Shown here piece by piece: positions 48,973 to 58,452 of a stretch of DNA of 64,000 bases (positions are counted from its first letter, which is position 1; each line of letters begins with the position of its first letter). Below the pieces are notes generated by a model. The model was given only the letters and a program-made list of their open reading frames with translations. It searched no databases and was not told where the DNA came from. The position numbers and the translations under genes are program-made. This DNA comes from an uncultured Lentisphaerales bacterium. Lineage in GTDB: Bacteria; Verrucomicrobiota; Lentisphaeria; JABSQK01; UBA12247. The stretch is taken from assembly GCA_943788985.1 (NCBI GenBank), contig CALSSJ010000002.1, positions 32,001 through 96,000 of the forward strand. The letters are read 5' to 3'.

Positions 48973-49808
48973 GCGTTCTCCACGGCAGGCAGTTCAAACT
49001 GAACGATGATTCCGCCGCCTTCGCGAGGAATGGCAAAAATCTTTCCTCTGTACTGCTCAATCGTTAGCCGGCAGTAGTACAACCCTAGGCCCCCATGGCT
49101 GTGGCTCGGCTTTGTGGAGTACCCTGCGGCAAAGATCTGTTCACACTGATTCTCCCTCAGTCCTGCACCGCTATCCATGATCTGGCAGATAGCCTGGCCC
49201 CGCTCAGAAAACGCCTTGGCTATGAGGCTTTTCTTGCCGGGAGCACCTTCCATCGCTTCCATCCCATTCTTCAGCAAATTCAGCACAACCTGTGTAATCT
49301 GCGCGGCATCCACCATCACGCAGGGCGTGTCCGCGAAGTCTGTGTGGATGTTCACGCCGCGGCGCGTTGCGGACTCCGTAATCATGCGTGTACAATCCGC
49401 GAGAACTGCTGGAATTGACGTGAGGTGCGGATTGCCATCGCCAGAAGCCATGCGGCGCTGGACGTCGATGATATCGCCGATGTGCCGGAGCTTGGTGTCG
49501 AGTGCGCCGAGCAGCTGGTTTTGCCGCATCAGCGCTGTCTGTTGATGTTCGAGAAGCTCTGCCAGAGCCTGCACGTAATCGCTGGCTGGGGTGTCAGACT
49601 CGCCGGTTGCTGCGGCCCGTAGTGCTGGCAGCAGATCCGAGAGCATGTAATCAAGGGCCTCGGTATCCGTTGTCTCTCGCAAGCTATCGATCGTCAGTTT
49701 TGCGATCGTCGCAACATTTCCGATATTATGAAAGGCGTTCGCATTCAGCTGAACAATGTTCGCCGACCGAACCTCCTCGAATTGCTCAGAGTCTGGTCGC
49801 GCGCTCAT
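48969..49808 (-). CDS. Cytoplasmic histidine kinase with no sensor domain
   Basis: FHNIGNV H-box about 25 aa from the start, NLLKNG, DSGAG, GYSTK, GLGL; 4-bp overlap with the REC gene. Confidence 0.85.
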   Translation of the reverse strand: MSARPDSEQFEEVRSANIVQLNANAFHNIGNVATIAKLTIDSLRETTDTEALDYMLSDLLPALRAAATGESDTPASDYVQALAELLEHQQTALMRQNQLLGALDTKLRHIGDIIDVQRRMASGDGNPHLTSIPAVLADCTRMITESATRRGVNIHTDFADTPCVMVDAAQITQVVLNLLKNGMEAMEGAPGKKSLIAKAFSERGQAICQIMDSGAGLRENQCEQIFAAGYSTKPSHSHGGLGLYYCRLTIEQYRGKIFAIPREGGGIIVQFELPAVENA

Positions 49809-49812
49809 ATGT

Positions 49813-50358
49813 TCAGGCTTCAGGCGTCGCGTAACAGGCTGGGGAAAGGACGCCAACAAAGCCTAAGTGGCGGTACCGCTCGTTGTAGTCGAGGCCGTAG
49901 CCCACGACCCATTCGTCACGAATGTGAAAGCCAGCGTAATCCGCTTCGAGCCCTCGCTCTTGATCATGCTGCTTATCAAGCAGGACACAGGTTTTGACGT
50001 CGTGTGCACCTTGATCCCGCACGGCCTGCACCAAGTTCTCCAGCGTGACACCGGTGTCCAGAATGTCGTCCACGATCACCACGTCTCGGCCTCGCACATC
50101 CAGCTTGCACCGCGAGCGTATGTCCAGGTTTTCGCGCGATACCGTGCCGGAATAGGACGATGCAGAGATCGTATCGAGCTGAAGTGGGATCGTAATTTGG
50201 CGCACAAGATCCGCGCCGAATATCACGGCACCGTTTGAAACGATGATGATTGTAAGGTGTCGCTCCCTATAATCATCGCTAATCCGCGCACCGAGTTCAG
50301 CTACGCGTTGCGCAATCTGCTCTACAGAAATCAGTTCTTCGTCGATATCGTCCAGCAC
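49813..50358 (-). CDS. hpt: Hypoxanthine phosphoribosyltransferase
   Basis: SSY loop, VVIVDDILDTGVTL, LLDK, WVVGYGLDY. Confidence 0.95.
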   Translation of the reverse strand: MLDDIDEELISVEQIAQRVAELGARISDDYRERHLTIIIVSNGAVIFGADLVRQITIPLQLDTISASSYSGTVSRENLDIRSRCKLDVRGRDVVIVDDILDTGVTLENLVQAVRDQGAHDVKTCVLLDKQHDQERGLEADYAGFHIRDEWVVGYGLDYNERYRHLGFVGVLSPACYATPEA

Positions 50359-50430
50359 TTATGCCTCCAACTAACAGCCAAGCGTTCACTATACGGTATG
50401 AACTCGCCACAGTCCATTCATGCCCGGCGA

Positions 50431-51468
50431 TCAGTTTGCGAGGTTTGCAAACAGAGTTGAAGTCACATCGTGGGTCGTCACTATCCCGATCTGCCCTCCC
50501 TCGCCATCCACGACGACCAACAATGGACTGCGTTCTGCGTTGGCTGCATGGAGCACATCGCGCAGCCGCGTTTGCCCATCAATGGTATGCAAAGGTCGCA
50601 TCCAGGTGACCACGGCCTCCTCACTCCAGCGCTCTCGTGCCACCCGAAAGAGTGCGTCATATAGGGAGAAAACGCCGATCCACTCGCCAGCCTGATTCTG
50701 CACCGGAAGTCGAGCGCATTTACGCTTAATCGCGACCTTGGCCGCACGGGCCAGTGTCGCCTTCTCATCGACGGTCAGCACGTCATCGCGCGCCACCATG
50801 ATCGAGCGTGCTCCGCGGTTTGGCAGGTCGAGCGCGGTCAGCACCATGTTTCTGACATCAGAATCCACCAGTCCGGCCTCCTCACTTTCTAACAGCATAT
50901 GACGCAGTTCTTCGCGCATTTGGCTGGCCGGGAGTTCTCTTTCGTTCTCATCGTGCAGCAGGCGACGTTGGATAAACAGCGTGATGTGCGACAGCAGCTG
51001 GACCGCTCGGCCAGTGCAGCGAAAGAATAGGTAGATCGGCCACACGGCCAGGCGACAGCGATTGAACGGCTGCTGCCGAAACCAGACTTTGGGTGTCACT
51101 TCCCCGAATACCAACATCACCAGTGTCAGCAGCACGGTGGTGAGCAACGAGATCGCGGCGATTGCCTGGTCCCGCGTCATGACCTTGCTCGCTTCCTCCA
51201 GCAGCCAGGCTCCGGCCGCGGCTTGAATCAGATTATCAAAGAAGACCGCCGCCAGCACGTTTGCCAAGACGTTGCCCAGCAGGATGCAGCCGAGCATCTT
51301 AGCCGGGTTATCCAGAAAGAACTTCATATGCTTGGCTGCCGGCATGCCGTCAGAGACGGCGTGATCTAGGCGCGCCTGCCGGACCTGAATCATGCCATTC
51401 TCAAAGCCGCTGAATAGCGCCGAGGCGATCAGCGCAAGAAGGAAGAAGATGGCGCATGCCTCAATCAC
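50431..51468 (-). CDS. CNNM (DUF21) + CBS domain protein
   Basis: SALFSGFE, LLGNVLAN, FGEVTPK, CBS pair; no CorC domain. Confidence 0.9.
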   Translation of the reverse strand: MIEACAIFFLLALIASALFSGFENGMIQVRQARLDHAVSDGMPAAKHMKFFLDNPAKMLGCILLGNVLANVLAAVFFDNLIQAAAGAWLLEEASKVMTRDQAIAAISLLTTVLLTLVMLVFGEVTPKVWFRQQPFNRCRLAVWPIYLFFRCTGRAVQLLSHITLFIQRRLLHDENERELPASQMREELRHMLLESEEAGLVDSDVRNMVLTALDLPNRGARSIMVARDDVLTVDEKATLARAAKVAIKRKCARLPVQNQAGEWIGVFSLYDALFRVARERWSEEAVVTWMRPLHTIDGQTRLRDVLHAANAERSPLLVVVDGEGGQIGIVTTHDVTSTLFANLAN

Positions 51469-52711
51469 CCGTTACCTCCCGAATCACGTCCACCTCCAAA
51501 ATGCGTCCCCGGCGTACCCGAAACACCTTGATCTGGTACTCACCGTTAGCCCACGTGTCACCAGTTTCGGGAACTGCTCCCAGGCCCTCGGTTACGAGTC
51601 CAGACATTGTATTGGCATTGGACTCGCCCAGCTCAAACCCGGGAATTGCTGCGGCAACCTCAGTCGCCGCCATCCTGCCATCCAGCCGCCAATGACCCTC
51701 CTGAATTCTGGCGATTTCCGGCGGCGGCCGGTCAAACTCGTCCAGCAACTCGTCCCCCAGAATTTCTTCGATAATGTCCTCGGTGCTCAGCAGCCCACTC
51801 ACGCCGCCGAACTCGTCCACCATCATTGCAATTGGCGCCCGTCGTGCACGCAACTGGCCCAGTACCTGGCTTAGAGATGCCATCTCGGGAAGGAATAGAG
51901 GCGTGTCCAGGCAGCGTTCCTGCCAGTGCTGCTCTTGGCTCGGGGAAAGTCTTAGCAGGTTTGCGCAATTCAGCACGCCGACCACATTGTCGAGGTCGCC
52001 ATCCACCACGGGCAGCCTACGATGGCGGGCCTGGCGCATCCGCACGTAGACGCTTTCGATATCATCGGAGGCGTCGACGGTACACACCTCTACGCGCGGC
52101 GTCATCGCCTGGCTTGCCTTCGTCTCCCGCAACGCCAGAATCCCGTTTAACATGTCCAACTCGCGCGCTGGAAATGCCCCCGCCTTCTCTCCCATGGCTA
52201 GAAACGTGCGGTATTCCTCGACCGTGATCGCAACCGACTGGACGCCCTTCCCGAACAGGCGCAAAAGCCTGCCGCTCACTCCGCGAATCACAAAGATAAA
52301 CGGACGCAGTGGAGCGATCAGGTAGGATAGCAACCGAGCAGCCTTCGGTGCCAAAGCTTCTGCCTTCGTAAATGCAATGGTCTTTGGCGTGATCTCACCC
52401 AGAATCAAGACGACGACTGTGCTGATCACTACCGCGATTACGGAGGCTGCGGGCAATTCATAAGCCTGCGCCACGCGGTTCACCAAGATTGCCGTCATGT
52501 TGTTTACAAAATTGGTGCCAAGCAGAATCGCCACCAGCGTACCGTGGTGGTCCACCAACAGCCGTGCCGCCAGTTTCTGATTCGGGGTTCCATCATCGCC
52601 CCATTGACGCAGAGTGCTTGGACCCAGCGAGAATAACGCCGTCTCAGATGCTGAAAAGAATGCACTTGCCAAGACCAGAAACAGAAAACAGCCAAGCAAC
52701 AAGACAATCAC
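51461..52711 (-). CDS. CNNM + CBS + CorC/HlyC domain protein (hemolysin-family Mg/Co transporter)
   Basis: SAFFSASETALFSL, GEITPK, MTPR, VDEFGG...EDIIEEILG, CorC-like tail. Confidence 0.92.
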   Translation of the reverse strand: MIVLLLGCFLFLVLASAFFSASETALFSLGPSTLRQWGDDGTPNQKLAARLLVDHHGTLVAILLGTNFVNNMTAILVNRVAQAYELPAASVIAVVISTVVVLILGEITPKTIAFTKAEALAPKAARLLSYLIAPLRPFIFVIRGVSGRLLRLFGKGVQSVAITVEEYRTFLAMGEKAGAFPARELDMLNGILALRETKASQAMTPRVEVCTVDASDDIESVYVRMRQARHRRLPVVDGDLDNVVGVLNCANLLRLSPSQEQHWQERCLDTPLFLPEMASLSQVLGQLRARRAPIAMMVDEFGGVSGLLSTEDIIEEILGDELLDEFDRPPPEIARIQEGHWRLDGRMAATEVAAAIPGFELGESNANTMSGLVTEGLGAVPETGDTWANGEYQIKVFRVRRGRILEVDVIREVTGD

Positions 52712-52815
52712 ATGACGCTCCGTTTACATACCAGCCTCGACTAGTCGACACATTAGCTCAGCTCGGGCGTAAGTCTCTCTCAGTTTCCCCGCAGAATCCA
52801 CCGCTGGTTGAGCAA

Positions 52816-52841
52816 GCAGGGGGAGACCGAGCTCCCCCTGC
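52816..52841 (-). terminator. GC-rich hairpin immediately downstream of the hsp20 pair
   Basis: GCAGGGGGAG-accgag-CTCCCCCTGC, perfect 10-bp stem; only a weak U-tract. Confidence 0.55.
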
Positions 52842-52849
52842 GAGTGCTG

Positions 52850-53221
52850 TTATCCCACGGTGACGGCGATTCGCTTGGGCTTGGCTGCCTCTGCTTTCGG
52901 CAGAGTCAGCGACAGGATGCCATTGGTGATCCCCGCCTGAATCGCGTCGCTGTTGACGCGCTCAGAAATGCGGAACGCTCGCTCGAAGTTGCCCACGGCG
53001 TACTCCGCGTGGACCTGCTCCCCAAACTCATTTGGCGCCACGCGTCCCAGGACGGTAAGCACTTGGTCCTCCAGCCGGATGTCGACCTGGTCCTGTGCGA
53101 CACCGGGCATCTCCAGCTGGAGACACAGGGCCTCGCTGTTCTCCCAGATATCGACGCGCGGGGTGAAGCAGTGGTGGTTGGTTGCCTCGGTGGTCTCGGT
53201 AGTGAGGGTTTCGTTGCTCAT
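52850..53221 (-). CDS. Hsp20 / alpha-crystallin small heat-shock protein
   Basis: PRVDIWE, EMPGV, FERAF, NGILSLTLPK; AAGGAG RBS. Confidence 0.93.
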   Translation of the reverse strand: MSNETLTTETTEATNHHCFTPRVDIWENSEALCLQLEMPGVAQDQVDIRLEDQVLTVLGRVAPNEFGEQVHAEYAVGNFERAFRISERVNSDAIQAGITNGILSLTLPKAEAAKPKRIAVTVG

Positions 53222-53249
53222 GGTCTTGCTCCTTCTCTGGTTACGTAGC

Positions 53250-53663
53250 TCAGCATGCCTTGACGGCAATCTGACGAGGTTGATCCTCAATGCGCGAATG
53301 GACCGTGACCTTAAGTACACCGAGCTTCAGCTCAGCGGTGGTCTTGTCACCATCAGCCCGGAAAGGAAGGCGGAACTGCCGGCTGAATTTGCCGTAGCAG
53401 CGCTCATTTCGGTGATAGGTGACGCCTTCTTCCTTGGCCTGCGCCGGGACCAATCCGGACAAAGTCAGGACATTGTCGTGGACATTGACGCCAATGGAAT
53501 CAGCGTCGAGGCCGGGAAGTTCTGCGGTGAGGACGACGTGGTCGTCTGCATTCCAAACGTTTACCTTCGGCGAACCGCCGGTATTGCGCTGGGGGTCGTG
53601 CTGTCTCGAGAACGGCCAGCCGCGCTCGAGTTCCTGCCATGGGGTAAAGAATGCCGTGCTCAT
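53250..53663 (-). CDS. Hsp20 / alpha-crystallin small heat-shock protein
   Basis: PKVNVW, AELPG, ER.YGKFSRQFRLP, GVLKV; GAGGAGG RBS before the ATG at 53663. Confidence 0.93.
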   Translation of the reverse strand: MSTAFFTPWQELERGWPFSRQHDPQRNTGGSPKVNVWNADDHVVLTAELPGLDADSIGVNVHDNVLTLSGLVPAQAKEEGVTYHRNERCYGKFSRQFRLPFRADGDKTTAELKLGVLKVTVHSRIEDQPRQIAVKAC

Positions 53664-53729
53664 TTGCTGGCCTCCTCTTCTTTGCGTTGTCTCTGCTCGT
53701 GTCACCGTGACGCAAGCTAAGACCCAATT

Positions 53730-53746
53730 TGCAGAGGATATGCCAA
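53730..53746 (-). promoter_or_regulatory. Putative sigma54 (-24/-12) promoter for the hsp20 pair
   Basis: Minus strand TTGGCATATCCTCTGCA, i.e. GG-N10-GC, about 65 bp upstream of the ATG. Confidence 0.6.
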
Positions 53747-53900
53747 AAATGAATAAAAATCGCTTAATCCGTTCTGTAACAGGTAGATGCGAGGATTTTT
53801 ATTTCTTACGGATTAAGCTGGATGCGCCAGTATGGCTCACTTTTGGCGCAGCGCACACCCTCGACGCAGGCCATCCCAAGGCATGGCGGCCGATTCATTC

Positions 53901-54905
53901 TTAGAAACTAGCGAGTACGTTCTTGCCGATCACCCGGCCGTTCTCCTGTTCACGATGCGCCGCGATCAGGGTCTCGGCGCTGATCTGCCCTAGGTTCTTG
54001 GTCACTGTCGACACCAGCGTGCCAGCGTCCAGCAGCGCAGATACTCGATTGAGCAGCGCATGCTGCTTGTCGACATCGTGCGTCTGAAATATCGAACGGG
54101 CAAACATGAACTCCCAGCCGAAGCTTAGCGCCTTGGGCTTGATTGAATTGATTTTCAGTGACTGTGGGGCATCAATCAGGGCAATATGGCCGCGCGGTTT
54201 AATCAGCTCTACGATCGCCGAAAAGTGCTGATCAGTGGCTGTGAGAGACGCCACATAACGCGGCTCAAGGCCAAGAGCTTTGACCTGCTCCGCCAGTGAT
54301 TGCCGGTGATCGATCACATGGTCGGCCCCCATCTTCTGGACCCAGGCAATGGTTCCCGGGCTTGATGCCGTCGTAATCACCGTCAGGCGAGTAAACTTCT
54401 TCGCCAGCTGAATTAGGAGCGAGCCCACGCCTCCGGCCCCGCCGATCACCATCAAGCATTCGCCAGCACCGCCACCTTCTTCCAGTGCCAGCAAGTCAAA
54501 CAACAGCTCCCAGGCAGTGATCGACGTCAATGCCAGGCCTGCTGCCTCGGCAAATCCAAGTGCCGCCGGCTTTTCCCCGACAATTCGCTCGTCCACCGCG
54601 TGTAACTCCGAATTCGTTCCTGGCCGGGTCAAGTTACCCGCGTAGAAAACGTCATCTCCCACCGTGAAATTGCGGACTGCGCAGCCCACCTCCCGGACCA
54701 CGCCTGCGGCATCGTAGCCAATAATCTTGGTGCCGGTCTCCGGCCCCATTCGTGAGCGGACCTTTACATCCACCGGATTCACCCCGACTCCGCGAACCTC
54801 GACCAAAAGGTCGCGCGGATTCAGTGGTGGCGTCTCTGTTACGAAATCAATCAGCGCGTTTGCTGCCGAAATCGGACCGGCCTGATTAACGCCCACAGCT
54901 TTCAT
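53901..54905 (-). CDS. Zinc-binding alcohol dehydrogenase family / quinone oxidoreductase-like protein
   Basis: [41 protein letters not shown]. Confidence 0.93.
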   Translation of the reverse strand: MKAVGVNQAGPISAANALIDFVTETPPLNPRDLLVEVRGVGVNPVDVKVRSRMGPETGTKIIGYDAAGVVREVGCAVRNFTVGDDVFYAGNLTRPGTNSELHAVDERIVGEKPAALGFAEAAGLALTSITAWELLFDLLALEEGGGAGECLMVIGGAGGVGSLLIQLAKKFTRLTVITTASSPGTIAWVQKMGADHVIDHRQSLAEQVKALGLEPRYVASLTATDQHFSAIVELIKPRGHIALIDAPQSLKINSIKPKALSFGWEFMFARSIFQTHDVDKQHALLNRVSALLDAGTLVSTVTKNLGQISAETLIAAHREQENGRVIGKNVLASF

Positions 54906-55340
54906 GTCCCGACTCCCTCAGTGTGAACTTTCGGGATTTATAGCGTCGAGCGCGGAAGCTAGCAGTCTGTCGGACTTAGAGCACCGAAGCAATAAATCTT
55001 ATCGATTTCGTGCATATTTCAGTAATTGGAGGGGGCATATGCAGATAGATAGCCGAAGTCGCTGGAACAATGCGCAAATGGAGACGGTTTTGCAGCCGGT
55101 GTGGCTAAGTCCGACAGGGCGCTAGGAAGTACAGAATGGCGAGATATCGTCCTAGGTCAAGCATCCGTAAAATGCAGAAGTGTGACCGGAGAAACCGGCA
55201 GCGCTCTTCATGCACGTGAGTTGCATGCGGATCCACCGCAGCGATTTGAAAGGGTTTGCATCGGCACAATCGCGACCTAAGGTGCGACTTTTGCCCCGTC
55301 GTAGTCGGCCGTCCGCCATGCAGATTCTCTGGAGAACGCA

Positions 55341-56024
55341 GTGAAGTTCTTGCTAACAGTCTTGTCCCTTCTGGTGATGCTCATGCTGCCTGCGCACTGC
55401 TTTGCCGCAGATGCTGATGAAGTTCTCGCCGATGCGCGGGAACTGTATACCGCCGGAAGATACGAGGAAGCCCCCAGCGCGTACCAGAAGCTAGACGAAG
55501 ACGCGCTCGCCCCCCAGCAGGCCAGCGCTCTGCAGTGCCAAGCCAAGCCATTCTACATTCTGAAGCGCTATGATGAAGCACAAGCCGCGGTGGACCGCCA
55601 CGCGCAGTTTACCTCTGACCAGATCAGGCCCTATCTCAGGATCCCTGACATGGTCTGGCAGCGGAAAATTTGGCAAGAAACCGAGAAACTCGACGAAGCA
55701 GTCGCCATCTACAGCGAAATACTGGCAATGGACGGCGAGCTAGATCGGCAAAAACTGCTGGCGTGGGAAGCCATTGGCCCGCTCCTGGTCTCGCATAAGC
55801 GCCACAAAAAAGCCGTCAAGGCTTTCAAATTTTTAGCCCCGAGTCAGCTCGCCAACAACTGCGAGCGCGCGGGTGCGATGCTGCACCTAGGCCGTGCCCT
55901 GGTAGAACTTTGGGAGATTAAATCAGCTAGGAAGGTGTTTGCCGAAGTCGCCAGAACCAAGGAATTTCTCGCCACGCATCGGGAGCAGGCAGAGCTTTGG
56001 CTCAAGGATCTGCCGCAGCAATAA
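55341..56024 (+). CDS. Exported TPR-like protein
   Basis: Signal peptide and helical TPR-like repeats; GGAG RBS. Confidence 0.65.
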   Translation: MKFLLTVLSLLVMLMLPAHCFAADADEVLADARELYTAGRYEEAPSAYQKLDEDALAPQQASALQCQAKPFYILKRYDEAQAAVDRHAQFTSDQIRPYLRIPDMVWQRKIWQETEKLDEAVAIYSEILAMDGELDRQKLLAWEAIGPLLVSHKRHKKAVKAFKFLAPSQLANNCERAGAMLHLGRALVELWEIKSARKVFAEVARTKEFLATHREQAELWLKDLPQQ

Positions 56025-56070
56025 CCCCGACTCGCCTCCCTCCAGTCGCCATTAGAAACGGAACCGTCCC

Positions 56071-57816
56071 ATGCCTGCCGCTCCCAACGTTGTCTTTGTA
56101 ATCACCGACGATCAGGGCTTCCCTCCCATGGGCTGCCATGGGCACCCCTTCGTGCGTACCCCAAATCTCGACGGCTTTCACGCGCAATCCGCACGCTTTA
56201 CGCAGTTTCACACCGGCACCACCTGCGCACCCACGCGGGCCGGGCTCATGACCGGGCACTACTGCAACTCCACCGGCGTCTGGCACACCATTGGCGGGCG
56301 CTCACTACTGCGCCGCGACGAGTGGTCGCTGGCAAACGCAATGGGAGACGCCGGCTACACCACCGGCTTGTTCGGCAAATGGCACCTCGGCGATGACTAC
56401 CCCTACCGCCCGCAGGATCGCGGCTTCCAGCGCGTGGTCTGTCACGGTGGCGGTGGTATCAGCCAGCAGCCTGACCATTGGGGTAACGACTACTTCGATG
56501 ACACCTACATGGTCGACGGCGAGCCCAAGGCCTTCCAAGGCTATTGCACCGACGTTTTCTTCCGTGAGGCGCTCGACTTCATCGAGTCCAACCGTGATCA
56601 GCCTTTTCTCGCCTATATCTCCACCAACGCGCCACATGGCCCGTTCAATGTCGAGCCACACTATCGCGATCTCTACAAAGACCACACCACCAGTGAGAAC
56701 TACGCGCGATTCCTCGGGATGATCACCAATATCGACGAGAACTTTGGCCGCCTGCGCGACAAGCTTCGGGAACTCGAGTTGGAAGATAACACCATTCTAG
56801 TCTTCATGAGTGACAATGGCCAAACCGGCATCGGCGGCGCTCCGCCAGATATGTACAACGCCAACATGCGCGGCTTCAAAAGCAGTCCCTATGACGGTGG
56901 CCATCGCGTTCCCTTCTTCATTCGTTGGCCAGACGGCGGCATCTCCGATGGCAGAGACCTCGACCAACTGACGAGCTACGTCGACTTCATGCCCACCATC
57001 CTCGACCTCTGCGGCGTACCCGTGCCAGAAGAGCGTTCCTTTCATGGCGAGAGCCTGCTGCCTCTCCTGGAGGACACCATTGACTCACACTGGGCAGAAC
57101 GCGTAATCACCACCGACACGCAGCGCGTCGCGCATCCGCTCAAATGGCGGCACAGCTGCGTCATGAAGGATTCCTGGCGCCTCGTCAATCGCAACGAGCT
57201 GTACCACATCACCGATGATCCGAGTCAGACCCAAGACATCAGTGCAGCGCATCCAGACCTCGTCGTCGAACTACAAGATCAGTACGAGCGGTGGTGGGAG
57301 CTATGCTCTCGCCAAGACAACGACGAGATTCCCATCTCTATCGGCTCTGACGCGCAGGAAATCACCGTCTTGCGGACCCATGACATCCGCAACGAGCAGG
57401 ACCACATGGGCGTCTGGGACCAATCCCAAGTCCGCCAAGGTGGCCAAGCCCATGGCTGGTGGGACGTCATGGTCGAGGCCGCTGGCGAGTACGAGTTTGA
57501 CCTGCGTCGGTGGCCCGACGAAGCTGGCCACCGAGTCCGCGGGGGGATTGAGGGCGACGACATTGTCTATCGCGAGGATGGCATCCAGCCTGGCGCCGAA
57601 GGCACCTACTCCGGCGGCGTTGCTTTAGACATCAACACAGCCGCTCTCTACATCTCCGGCATGCCCGAGAGCTGGGTCCCCGTAAACGATCAGGATCGCG
57701 GCACGGTCATTCGCGTCTCTCTGTCTGAAGGGCTGCGCAAGGTACGGGCCCAATTCTCAGCCTCATCCGGATTTTACAGCTCCGCCTACTACGTCTACGT
57801 GCGTCGCGTTTCCTAG
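56071..57816 (+). CDS. Arylsulfatase (S1, formylglycine-dependent)
   Basis: PNVVFVITDDQG, CAPTRAGLMTG, GKWHLG, SDNG; no signal peptide. Confidence 0.95.
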   Translation: MPAAPNVVFVITDDQGFPPMGCHGHPFVRTPNLDGFHAQSARFTQFHTGTTCAPTRAGLMTGHYCNSTGVWHTIGGRSLLRRDEWSLANAMGDAGYTTGLFGKWHLGDDYPYRPQDRGFQRVVCHGGGGISQQPDHWGNDYFDDTYMVDGEPKAFQGYCTDVFFREALDFIESNRDQPFLAYISTNAPHGPFNVEPHYRDLYKDHTTSENYARFLGMITNIDENFGRLRDKLRELELEDNTILVFMSDNGQTGIGGAPPDMYNANMRGFKSSPYDGGHRVPFFIRWPDGGISDGRDLDQLTSYVDFMPTILDLCGVPVPEERSFHGESLLPLLEDTIDSHWAERVITTDTQRVAHPLKWRHSCVMKDSWRLVNRNELYHITDDPSQTQDISAAHPDLVVELQDQYERWWELCSRQDNDEIPISIGSDAQEITVLRTHDIRNEQDHMGVWDQSQVRQGGQAHGWWDVMVEAAGEYEFDLRRWPDEAGHRVRGGIEGDDIVYREDGIQPGAEGTYSGGVALDINTAALYISGMPESWVPVNDQDRGTVIRVSLSEGLRKVRAQFSASSGFYSSAYYVYVRRVS

Positions 57817-57867
57817 GATAGGTCAGCTGGCTGCTTGGCGCCAGCACCCCGCCGCAGTTCCAGTGAT

Positions 57868-58362
57868 CTACTTGCGCCGGGGGCGAATCACCAGAACTTC
57901 GGTGGCCCAGAACTCTTCGAGATCGTAGAGCATCTGCCTCAGGCGGCTACGAGACGAGCCGCTTGACGACTGAAGGGCGTCGACTTCGTCGCGAATCTGG
58001 GCGAAGTGCCCATTCATGTTGACGACGCGTCCGGCCAAAATCTGGGCTACGTTGAGGGCCGCGGCAGAGTCAGCGCCCAAGAAGTTGTTGAAGTCTTCGA
58101 TGACATACACTGTGGCATTGGTCTTGGCAGTGACGGTCGCCGACACCTCACAGCCTAGCAAGGCCGAAATTTCACCGATGACCGCGCCTTCCGTATCCAC
58201 TTTGCAGACTACGTTTCCAGACACAGAAACTGAAAGGGTCCCGCTCTGCAAAATGTAGGCCTGTGACTTGCGCGCGCCTTGTTCGAGGATGATTTCTCCT
58301 GCAGAAAAACTGCGGGAGGGCAAGTTAGAGATATCCAGACTTGCTTCCATGATTGCCTCCAC
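57868..58362 (-). CDS. Stand-alone cyclic-nucleotide-binding domain protein
   Basis: GEIILEQG, YILQSG, IGEISALLG, SATVTA; no HTH. Confidence 0.8.
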   Translation of the reverse strand: MEAIMEASLDISNLPSRSFSAGEIILEQGARKSQAYILQSGTLSVSVSGNVVCKVDTEGAVIGEISALLGCEVSATVTAKTNATVYVIEDFNNFLGADSAAALNVAQILAGRVVNMNGHFAQIRDEVDALQSSSGSSRSRLRQMLYDLEEFWATEVLVIRPRRK

Positions 58363-58452
58363 TTCTCTGAGATGGGCGAGCGCCCCCTGCCTGCCTGCAA
58401 GTTACGCACGCCGTATTCATTTGACAAGTGGTATACGAAAAAGGATCAGTTG

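Noticed and set aside
53664..53725. ROSE-type RNA thermometer in the hsp20 leader
   Set aside because: Short stems exist (TTGCGT/ACGCAA), but I cannot show pairing that occludes the Shine-Dalgarno sequence without folding software.
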